Assembly: GCA_012295275.1 (NCBI GenBank)
Contig: CM022674.1
Coordinates: forward strand, 13,764,001 to 13,828,000
Length of the DNA: 64,000 nucleotides
Origin: Chrysomallon squamiferum
Taxonomy: Eukaryota > Animalia > Mollusca
Reading direction: 5' to 3'
Below the pieces are notes generated by a model, which saw only the letters and a program-made list of their open reading frames with translations, searched no databases and was not told the origin of the DNA. Positions within the stretch are counted from its first letter, which is position 1. Each line of letters starts with the position of its first letter. This document shows positions 12,579 to 51,892 of the stretch, in pieces. A program made the position numbers and the translations under genes.

Positions 12579-13375
12579 CGTGTCTCTGCTCTCATTACAT
12601 TGTTACATTGACAAGAGCCAATACATTGGTTAAAACTGAATTTGTAATAATAACTGAAAGCCTAATTTTCATTTTATGAAAGCACAAATGGTATACATAT
12701 CACTTATGCTGATTATATTAGGTTGTTTATACCAAATAAATTTTATCAGGTTGATGAAATTATTTGTTATGTTTTGTTTTTGAGGGAAGGAAAGATGAAA
12801 TCTTTCATTTCATTTAATAATGAACTCATCTGTAATCCATATCCAGATATACCGCGCTGTACATACGGTTAAGGACCATTAATATTGCCAGGAACGTAGC
12901 CATGTTTTAGTGTTAGTGCGAGTGAGCTCGTAAATAAATGCGCATAACTCTTATCGAATAATTTTAAACTCACTATACATTTTTATTTTGTATTTAAAAT
13001 CAAAACACCAGGATAATACTATTTTTGCTTTTTAAGAAAAGGTTTTACAGTAAGTTCATAAATCTCAAAACAAAATTATTTTAATTTTAAATGTAAAATG
13101 AAAACAAAACAAAGCAATGTGAAAAATATATAGAGCAACAGCAACTGTCTCTTTCATCCAAACTTTCTTTGAGTCTAGCAAAGTTATCTATTATTTTATT
13201 ATATTCCATCTCAGCAGCCATCTCTGTTTCAGTGGCGAGCAGACAGTTCGAAAAAAATCTGTGATTGGTCGAATAAAATCATAAGACCAGAAAGTTCTTC
13301 AAAAAACAAAAAAAAAAAAAAAAAACAGTTGATGGCCTTAGAAATAAATAAATTAATAAATTAATAATAATAATA

Positions 13376-13426
<51 letters not shown>

Positions 13427-14185
13427 CAAATAAATAAATAAATAAAATAGATTCAACTTTTGTCGCAGTAGTACAACAAAAAAATAATAAAGCAATAAAA
13501 AGACGCAATTTCGATTGTTTTGCTTTCCTCTAGTTACATCACTGATCCATCTTTGATGAATTTCATAGTAAAAACTGTCCATTTGCGCTCAAGAGAAGTG
13601 CGAAATTTTCTATATTTTAAACCACCGACATCTTTGAATTTAGTTTAACGATTTAAAAAAATAATAATAATAATAATTTTTTTTTATCGCCATTCCTTCT
13701 GCAAATGAGAGGTATCAAATCCTAAATCTACTACTTGTGTTATGCTTAATGATAAATAATTATTATGCAATTCATCGATGAGCATAAGTAGCTTCATTTT
13801 AAAGGGTTTCATTTAGTTTATTTCTTCTTAACGTCGTTCTAAGATGAACGCTTGGTATTAGAAGTAACAAAATTTCCCAGAATACCATTTGAGGAACCAA
13901 ACGCCATCCGAGCACCTTGCGAGGAGTACATCACGTCTTTCTAAAAGCACGCAGTTTCTTATAAAAATTCCTTTGTTATGATATTAATTTTGATGATCGA
14001 AAACAGAAAATTAAAATACGAAATTATTAATGAGCAACATTTTTCAGCGAAATTACTGAAAAATACAATATACATGCCGAATAAAAAGGATATGACGTCA
14101 CCTTATCCCACTGGTAAACAGCAGGTTACTTTTGCTCGTTTTATAATAGAACTACATTATTAATTTAGTTCTACAACAATGGACG

Positions 14186-42436
<28,251 letters not shown>

Positions 42437-42532
42437 AAGAGATGTACATTCCATGCAGAGACTTTACATGATTACTGCAGAGAAACTAAAAATGCTAGAG
42501 CATAATAGATCATGTCAGTTTAAAAATATATA

Positions 42533-42538
42533 AATAAA
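42533..42538 (+). promoter_or_regulatory. Candidate polyadenylation signal of the cyclase gene
   Basis: First AATAAA, ~130 nt after the stop. Weak evidence because the motif is common in AT-rich DNA. Confidence 0.3.
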
Positions 42539-44029
42539 CTTATACATAAGCATCTGGAATTTACCAACAAATTGGTCAAAATATTCTATGAATATATTGA
42601 AAGCAGCATCAATAGCAGCATGAGATACTGATTTTCTAAACTGATTAAATAAACAGTGAAACCATTTTCTAAACTTTCAAAAGTGAATGGTTTTAAGTTG
42701 ATACTGTTAGCTTGTGTTGAATGAAAGAAATGCACATGCTGGTCTCTTTAGATAGATAATCAGACTGATACAGAGGTGGATGTATTATTATTACTAATAC
42801 TACTACTACCACTTTTATTACTACTGCTACTACTACTACCTCAGCCCTGCTACTATTTTTGCCACTGCTGCTACTACTACCATTATCACTATCATTGCCA
42901 TCATTACCACAACTACTACTTCTACTGCCAGTTCTATGTCTTCAACTACCAATGCCACCTCTACCTCTGCTACTACTACAAATACTACCACATTAATACT
43001 ACTGTATCTATTGTTATCACACTTAAACTTCAACCAATGGTAACACTGTTACCATTTCCACTACTACTACTACTACTACTTCTGGTGCTGCTACTACTAC
43101 TGTTACTGCTATCATTATGAAAAGTGGAAAAGGGGTTATAGTACTCAGTGACTGTGACCTTGATTGATTGACTGATTGATCACACCCAAATACAAAATAA
43201 AAATAACTCGCTATAGGAGAAAATTTTACAAATAAATTGGATGATTCCATTACACTTGTGGCTTGAAATGATGAGTAATTACTGATTTGTTATTTTGAAG
43301 GAAGAGTTTAATTTTTAAAATATGAGATAAAGTGTGGGTGATACACAACTCCATAGATTAGTACGAATCTGCAAACATCCTGTGATCAATCATTACTTAT
43401 TAGTTTCTTTCAAAGAACAATTAATATTTAAAACAGATAACATCCGAGTAATACATAAATTACTTGTTTTGTTATTTTACAGGGAATAAATGTTATTCAA
43501 TGCAATTTTTGAAATGTCCTTTACTTCAGAATCATAGTGTTCCAAAGTTACCACTATTTAACGTAACTTTGTATGGCATATAACTTTATTTTATTTTAAA
43601 AATAAAAAGTGAATTGTTATGAATCGTTTTGTTTTTAATTAGTTTCATCATGTGCGAATTTTGGTTTAATTTTGAACACCGCTAAATTAAATAATGAAAT
43701 TGTCAAACCACAATAAAAACAAAATACGTCTTCCCGATTATTATTAAAATACATTTTCTATCACGACCTTATTTACAAATATAAAATAATTATTTTCAGT
43801 TAATACAGAATAACTTATTAAAAGTTTTAAAAATATAAAAATTAGAGTAAACAAAAAAAAATGTAGTTTTAAAACGATTCAACCGTTATTTTTGTCAATC
43901 AAGACATCAAAATTTTAAATTCATTGACCATTTTTTGTCAAATATTTTATTAAATGGTATTTTTATTATTATTATTATTATCATCATTATTATTATCTAC
44001 ACCGTGGGGAAAAAAAAGAAGTAAATACA

Positions 44030-44260
44030 CAAAAAAGAGGTCAGCGGGCGTGTCCGTCGCAGAAAAGAGTTTTGGGTAAGGCAAGAAAATGGGTTCTCGT
44101 TACGATTGCAGGACACAAGTGAGTGTCCAGCATATCGGATCGTAACTTGTCTTTATACAGGTTTTTATACAGGCTTTCTGATTATACAGTCTTGTTAATG
44201 CGGTTACAATTCTGTAACCACGGGTTTCATGGCCGGTACCTCTGACATCGCCCGTAATAT
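44030..44260. ncRNA. Candidate structured non-coding RNA or regulatory island, family not recognised
   Basis: GC/CpG-rich block with a long-range stem (44044-44054 with 44244-44255), internal hairpins (44099-44146, 44200-44221), three TTATACAG repeats and a T6 run on the minus strand at 44031-44036. Confidence 0.3.
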
Positions 44261-45118
44261 AAATACGTCAATGCTTTTGTAGTTACAGCGCGTACGTGAC
44301 TGAAAACATATCTGGTTGAATTGTAATCTGACGTTGGTTCAGTGTTGTTTGTTTATTTGTGTTTTTGCGTTCAACAATAATTAAATTTGTGTGGAAATGA
44401 TATCATAATAACGAAATGCATTAATGTGTATATTTTCTGGGACAGATTTTATACTTTGTGTCTATGATAAAAAAAATATAAAAAAATAGTTAAACATAAT
44501 TAGTGATTATTTTATAATACGGAAGTAAAAGTCCCGAATTAAACGTTTACCTTTACTTAAAGGATTAATTATTTTTGTTATATTTGAATTATTGAACACA
44601 ATTTCATACTTTATAAATTGTTTTTAGGTTGGTAGCCATCAAAGAATGACGTAAACGACAAATGGAACGAATGCAGGAAATCTGAGCTTCGAACGACTTA
44701 AATATATTTCACTTTCAAGCACAACTGTAATAAATGAAATTAAAAGTATATAAGAAATATATAATCATTTTTTATAAATTCAGTTAATTTTCATCTCTAT
44801 TCTGCTTGACAGATTATTTTTATGAACATTCACCAAGTTAACGAATATCAGTTGTTTAAGTGAAAACCCGAATGATAAGACTAAATACCTTGCAGTCTAT
44901 TCGATGTAAAACATAAAGTTACTTGTGCTGCATTATTTGAACCAAAAAAACAAGTAACATTAATAATTTGTTTATATTAAAAACTGATAGGTTTATCTTT
45001 TTGTGGCCAACTTAAATATTTATTTTGTTTGTATTTATTTTCCTTTCTTTCTTTATTTAATGTATTATATATATTGATATTAATTTTTAAATTATTCATC
45101 CTTCTTCTTCTTCTTCTT

Positions 45119-45149
<31 letters not shown>

Positions 45150-45945
45150 TTATTATTATTATTATTATTATTATTTTAAAACTGACATATCATGATACTA
45201 TTTATCTTCATGTATATTTGTTATCGGTGTTATTCTATGTATTACTTTATTTATTTACTTCTTTTTTTTTTGGGGGGGTTCTTTTTTTAAAGGGATTTTC
45301 GCTTAAGTGATTCATTTAAGGATTTGAAATTTTATTCTTAATTTTTTTTTTAAATAAATATTTAGTAAGTTAGTATCTGTAAATTAATTAAATCATTTAC
45401 GTCATGTATGAAAAATACTACTGTGTCTATAAAATGAAATACCTAAGATCGTACATATAATGTTATTGTTTAATCGATGGTGAGCTTGCGTTCGTAGTGA
45501 AGTCACAAGTTAATACGGTTTTAGAATATGAATATACATATGTTGTTCTTGCTGTTGTTGCTGCTGCTTCTACTATTTTGTTGTTGTTGTTATTGCTAAT
45601 ACTAATCCTAATACTAATACTACTGCTATGCTACTATTACTACTTTTACTATATTATGTTTTCAATAGGAAACATACCTTTTATTTTTTACCATCATTAA
45701 TATTTTGAAATTGGTATGACTAAAACTGTTACAGTTACAACAGATCATTTTTTTTAAATTTTTTATTATTATTATTATTATCTCATGGCACAGAAAATAC
45801 TCCGGTGATATTATTATTATCATAGTACTGAAAACAGTACAATAACAGTGACAACAAATATCTGGTAGTGGTGTGGATCTAAAATGCATTATTAACCCTT
45901 ATAACGAATTATAATATTATTATTATGTTTTAATGCTTTTCGATC

Positions 45946-45980
45946 TTGGCGGAAATTTAGTTACGAAACGAAAATGGCTG
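45946..45980 (+). promoter_or_regulatory. Housekeeping-type promoter motifs: E2F-like TTGGCGGAAA and YY1-like AAAATGGCTG overlapping the start codon
   Basis: Motifs read directly upstream of and over ATG 45974. Confidence 0.3.
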
Positions 45981-46776
45981 CACCCATGGAAAGACATTTG
46001 ATGCACATCTTCCGCAGATTACTGCATCAGAAACATGCCCATTTGTTTCGAAAATCTTTGACTTGTTGTTCGTCGCTCAACAGAAAATGTAATGTATTTC
46101 ATAGTTTATTCGAAAGAAATTTAAACTTTCTTTTGTTTAATTCTTAATGCGAATAGGATTCGGACGTTACGAGTACAACTACAAGGATCATTATCATAGG
46201 ATGATGATCTTTACTCGACTTGTCTTAAAAGCGTTCCTTCGCAATTATTATTATTATTATTATTATTATTAAACATGTACCTCTGACATAAACCAAAAAA
46301 AGGAATTCTGATATAATGAAATTAATGATAGCCCATAACTAGTATTTTTTTGACAGTTCTGATTTCATGTGAAATCTTAATCTCTCTTTTGACTATTCTG
46401 AAACAAGAAAATCACAGCTGTAAATTATTTATTTTATAACCATGTTGTAATAACTGTTTTGCAATTATTGCTTGGAGGTTTCTGTTTCTTTCTTTAATTT
46501 ATCATTTTTATTTTTATCTATTTATCTTTTTTTTTTTTTTTTAAATTGTTGATTTTTTTTTTTATCAAAGATTATAAACATATTTCAGATGGTGATGATG
46601 CTGGAGTCAAATCTGCGAGTTTCAAGAAAGATCCTCTTCCAGTATTTCTAAGTGACAAAGTACAGAGACTGCTGCAGACAATGACAGGATTTGATGTACT
46701 CAAAATGGCTGGTCCAAAACCTGCTCCTCTCAGCACACCACAGTACAAACTGTTAACAGAGGAAGAACTAAAACAA
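45974..46776 (+). CDS. MRPS22: Mitochondrial small-subunit ribosomal protein mS22 homologue, first two exons only
   Basis: Exon 1 (45974-46088) MAAPMERHLMHIFRRLLHQKHAHLFRKSLTCCSSLNRK resembles a mitochondrial transit peptide. Exon 2 (46571 or 46589 to 46776) PVFLSDKVQRLLQTMTGFDVLKMAGPKPAPLSTPQYKLLTEEELKQ matches the recalled MRPS22 pattern F.DEEVQSILTKMTGL...L.PP.YKL.T..QL. No later exons found. Confidence 0.75.
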
Positions 46777-48510
46777 GTATATAACACTTTGCTGATATAA
46801 CCAGATCAGTCTTAAAATAAAAACTCTTAAAGAAAACCAGAAGTCTGTATCAACCTCATGTAAATATGTTCTCTTTCAGATTTTTAATGGTCAACCAGTT
46901 TATTTTCTGTTTACTATTAAAAGCATTGGCTTATTACTTTCTTTATCTTTTTCACTTCTTTTAACCTGTTGTTGTTAGTGTTACATTTTTTGATTATTTG
47001 ATTCATATGTCATTGTAGTACAGCCAATAGCTAAACTACTTTTATGCTAGGGTGTTATTAAACATTCTTAAAAATATATAATTATGTTTTAGAAAAGAAT
47101 ACATTTATGCAAGAACATTTTTTCATCAATATACAAAAGTTTTAAAACTGGCAAAAGAATTATATATAAATTTTAAATGTAAGAAACTTTCAATTATTTA
47201 TTCTTGATTACATTTTTTCTCTTTTTTCAACTGATGGTAAAGGGAGATAAATGGCCAATTAGAAAACAACCTGGGAATTCAGGCTTAGTTTGAGAAATCA
47301 CAGTTACTTCCCATGAAAACAGAACTAAAATTCTATTAAATAAATTTCTTGGGGACATTTTTTTTTTTTTTTATCTTTTTATGTTTATTGTTTGTTTGTT
47401 TATCTTTTTATGTTTATTGTTTGTTTGTTTATCAATTTTTATTATAGGCATTTCAATATGTGTGTGTGTGTGTGTGTGTGTACTTTTCAAACTTTTAAGA
47501 AATAAAGTTTATTTCATCTGTTGGTGCACACACAGATACACACAAACACACGGACACAGACATACACACATGCACAGCAATGGTTTAATATGATGTGAGC
47601 ACCCTTTTCCTCACTGTCAAACTCCTAAATTTCCAACTCTGTGCCTCGCTATTTCATTTTGGTACAGAATTTGTCTAACCAAAATCATTTGAATATCTAA
47701 TAAAAAAGCAAAACATTGTTTATGAAATAATACTACGACAAAGTCTCCCGAGTAATTTCTTTATCTCAGAGACCTGAATTTATTAAAATCATAAATAACT
47801 GATAAAGAAAGAAACTCTGCTTTGGAAGAGAATGAAGGTAAACTGTTAATTCTAATAAATTCTACCTGAATATTACTTAGTGCTACTTACCATAGTATAA
47901 TTATTTCATAAAAATTTTAGCAACCTTTTCGAGTCTTTTTTTGTTTTCATCTTCCACAATTTTTGTGTTAAACTATATTTTCAGCTAAATAGTAACCACA
48001 TCAGTTGTAAGTATATAACAAACATTTTTCATCAGAAGCAAAACTAATTCATTTAATATCAGTGTATTTATATTGTGAACCTGTGACTAAAGAAATTTAT
48101 GTAATAAATTAAATGAAATATAATCGTTTGTTTTGTGATAGCTGTATTCAGATTTTATAGTAATAATCATGAAAGAGACACGATACACAGTTTCTCCAGC
48201 TGAATTCTAACAGAAAATTACTGTTTGTCAATTACTCTGAAGATGGATGAAAATAATAAATAAAAAAAAAAAAAAACTATTTACATTTGCAATATTTTGT
48301 TTTCTCTTCTTTAACTGAATTTAGAATGATGGATCATAATTAAAAGCACAATTATTTCGTCAACAATCTAATGACCTTACTATCTATGAAGATGGCAAAG
48401 TATATATATAAAAGCGACCTCATTATTCAACAGCAAGTTTCCACTCGCAAATCGTATATTTTATAATAATTTAAAGTGTTGAGATGATAAAATTCTATTT
48501 TTATGTTGTA

Positions 48511-48553
<43 letters not shown>

Positions 48554-50995
48554 CTATATCTAATTGTTTTAATGATAAATTAAAAATAATGTACGTAACA
48601 GAAGATCAAAAATTCAGTCATAAAAATGTTCTGAAACGTTATTTGCAACAAGTTTAATGACAGGAAAAGTGATAATATCTTGTAATATGTGCTGAGACAA
48701 TATTAATAATTTAATATTTCAATCCGTATTAGAGCACCGACTGAGGAATTTACAACATAATGCTTAAAGAGAAGACATTTATCAGCTGCCAGGAATGCGC
48801 CATACTTGTCAATTTGATAAAATTCTTTGATGTGACAAATCTGGACTGCTCCTATTGCTTATAAAATTATACCAGCTAAACTACTGATTTAAAACTAAAA
48901 AAAAAAATCTGTTGTTAAAGCTATAAGCTTATTCATATGTGTGTATGCATGTGTGTGTGCGCGAACAAAAGTTTAATCATTTTGTCAATACCTCGCGATG
49001 ATTTTGAAATGTTACTGAAAGTCGAAGACTTCAGACTACTGCAATAGAATAAAATAATATTTACGCAGCCACCGTTTAATCACTATTTAATAATTAAATA
49101 ATTAAATATGATCTGTTTATTAAATCTTGAACAACATATGACATTGATTAATATTATTCCACAGCATTCTCACATTTAACACCAGTTAATGAAATGACAT
49201 AAATCTTTTCCTAAAATTAAAACTACAGCTCAAAGTCATAGTGATTTCTCTTGTGAAATTTCTGACAGTCCGAAAGTCTTTCCATTAAAAATAGAAATAA
49301 TAGGTATACAGTATATAGTTCCAAACTGTGTCATACCATTTTGGTTGACAAATGTTTTTAAAAACCAACACCATTAAAATATTTGAAAAATTTAGTATAC
49401 AGGTTTGATGGGTTAAATCTTATTTATAATAACAAAACGAATGCTAACATTGATTCTAACTTCACATTTCATCCATAATAGTTTGTGACCTATCAATACA
49501 ATAACTATTTAAAAATAAAAACAAAACAAAACAAAATAAAACAACCTTGTTGAGAGCAAATGGGTTTTTAGCTGAAGATTGGTTTTTGGATTGCTTTCGA
49601 ATGATTTAATTTTTAAAACATTTTATCTAATATTATGTGCATATTTTCGTTAAAAGCAAAGCTTCCATGAATTTAGAATGTGGACATTATTTGGATGCAA
49701 TAATAATTCACACAGCAAATAGAATGCCTATTTATAAACGAAAAATTATTTGTACAAATATTTTATTAGATTGTGTATATTTGTGTTACAAAATATTTAT
49801 GAAATATTAAATATTCTTTATTAAATAAAGAGCATTTATTTATTAAGGAGTATGTCTTATCAAATAACTACATTACAATTTATGAAAATAAAGGGATAAA
49901 ACTGTTAACTGTTAATTATATTTGTAATGCAAGCCTATCAGTAAAATGTATTTTTATTTATCCTTTTACATCTTCTTATTTTACATTATTATCTATAAAA
50001 CGAACCTATAAATAAAATTAAAAAAAAAAAAAAAAAAAAAATTCAAAAAAAAAAAAAAAAAAACAAACAAATAAGAAAGAAATAAAACGAAAAAAAAATC
50101 GCCATACGCCATTAAATACAACATAATCGTCTGTCCTGAAAATGTATTTGATAATGTTTTTATACATTTCGTGATGGAATTCTGAATAGAATTTAGGACA
50201 GAATAATTTTTTGAATATTTTAGGATAATATATGAAACAAAATATATTAGAAAGATATTTTAGACTGTAATTGTGTCGGGTTATGTAAAAGGAGAGATTT
50301 ACAACGTAATATCATTAGCAGAAGAACTAATTATTCAAGTTAAAATACAGCCAAAATTAAATATAATATTTTTTAAATGCATTGTCTACTTCAGGCATAC
50401 AAAATATTTGAGGTAATTTTTATTTTTTTTTATGAATATTTATACCATATGTTTTTGTTTATATCTTCTAAATTTCATTATTTTTTTTTTTTTAAATGAG
50501 TGCGTGTTCGTAATTCACAATTACTCTGATGATTAGTCGATTCGCATCAATTCCTTTAAAATCATTCTCTATTTGTAAAAGAAAATTCAGACTATAAAAA
50601 ATAATAATAATAACAATATTTAGTGAATAAACTTTTATGTTTAGTGGTTCAGTAAAAGAATACAAACAGGCTTGAACTTAATCAAAGGTTAAATATATAA
50701 AGAAAGAAATTTAAAAATAAATGATGTTCATTAATATAAAATACATTTTTAAAAATCTCCTTTTCAAAAACGAAAAATATTCTCAATTAACATTGATTAA
50801 TGCCGAAATGTAATCAAACTTAACTAGAAAACTGAATTTGACTTTTTTGCCACAGATCTAATAAATGATGTCAACAATGCAAGTTCAAGACTTGAACAGA
50901 ACTACAGAAGGAAAATAAGAAAAGAATAATGTTTTTTTAACATCTATCCAGTTTGTAAAAAACTAATTGGAGAAAGAAAACGTTTGAATAGACAT

Positions 50996-51892
50996 ATGGA
51001 AAGCACACCGAAAGAATCTGAGAATTATATCTGTAATATCTGTAATAAAAAATACAGTTCATTACGTTATCTTCGTCGTCACACAATGAACCTCCACATC
51101 TCAAAGCGAAACCATATTTGTCCTATGTGTGGTAAGAACTTCAGTTCAAGAAATTCCATGCTCTGTCACTTAGAGATACACAAGAACAAGAATGAGCGAA
51201 AATACAGATACAAGTGTTCTGTATGTTCTCGTGGATTTAATGGAAAAGCAAATCTAGAAGATCACATGAACAAGCACACTGGTGACAAACCACATAGCTG
51301 CCCTCAGTGTGGAAAGAAATTTGGTTTCCGCAGCATGCTGTCCAAACATAATCAGTTTGTCCATTCTGATCTTCGTCCACATGTCTGTTCCGTTTGCGCC
51401 AAATCCTTTAAATCAAAATACATCCTCTTGTCACATATGGTATCTCATACTGGAATAAGTAAGTACAACTGTACTCACTGTATGAGACCATTTTCCACAT
51501 GTAGCAGCTTACATCGACACGTACCGAGGTGCAGTGTCGGCAAGATGAAAGAAGGATCTGTAGACGTCAAAACAGACGTGTCTTCAGAAGAAAATAACAA
51601 AGAAGTCTTAGATAACCAAGTAGAAAAAGTATCATTATGTAACAGTAACCAGGCATTTGTTTCCAGTGGATGTTACACAATTAACATGTTTGGTGCAGGG
51701 TCTAAAGTAGAGCCTTCTGAAATGATGGACCTACCAGAAGAAATGTTGGAAGAACTGAACACAGATAGAACAAGCCTGCCGATTGAGAAGGTCTATGTGT
51801 GTAGTGAATGTATGGCAACATTTGATACACTGGATGAAACTAAAAATCATATTGCAGCTTATCATAATTTAAATGTTTTAGAGAACATTTAA
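50996..51892 (+). CDS. C2H2 zinc-finger protein (7 fingers), paralogue of the C-terminal part of the 140-6629 gene
   Basis: Uninterrupted ORF. CSVCSRGFNGKANLEDHMNKHTGDKPHSCPQCGKKFGFRSMLSKHNQFVHSDLRP is nearly identical to the segment at ~5950-6115. A splice acceptor lies at 50854-55, but an in-frame TAA at ~50927 precedes the first ATG. Confidence 0.85.
   Translation: MESTPKESENYICNICNKKYSSLRYLRRHTMNLHISKRNHICPMCGKNFSSRNSMLCHLEIHKNKNERKYRYKCSVCSRGFNGKANLEDHMNKHTGDKPHSCPQCGKKFGFRSMLSKHNQFVHSDLRPHVCSVCAKSFKSKYILLSHMVSHTGISKYNCTHCMRPFSTCSSLHRHVPRCSVGKMKEGSVDVKTDVSSEENNKEVLDNQVEKVSLCNSNQAFVSSGCYTINMFGAGSKVEPSEMMDLPEEMLEELNTDRTSLPIEKVYVCSECMATFDTLDETKNHIAAYHNLNVLENI

Noticed and set aside
44060-44095. 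Telomerase RNA template within the structured island
   Set aside because: No CTAACCCTAA-type template on either strand; only CCTTACCC.
46776-50860. MRPS22 to zinc-finger fusion transcript
   Set aside because: The phase-0 donor joined to the 50856 acceptor reads ATC TAA, an immediate stop.
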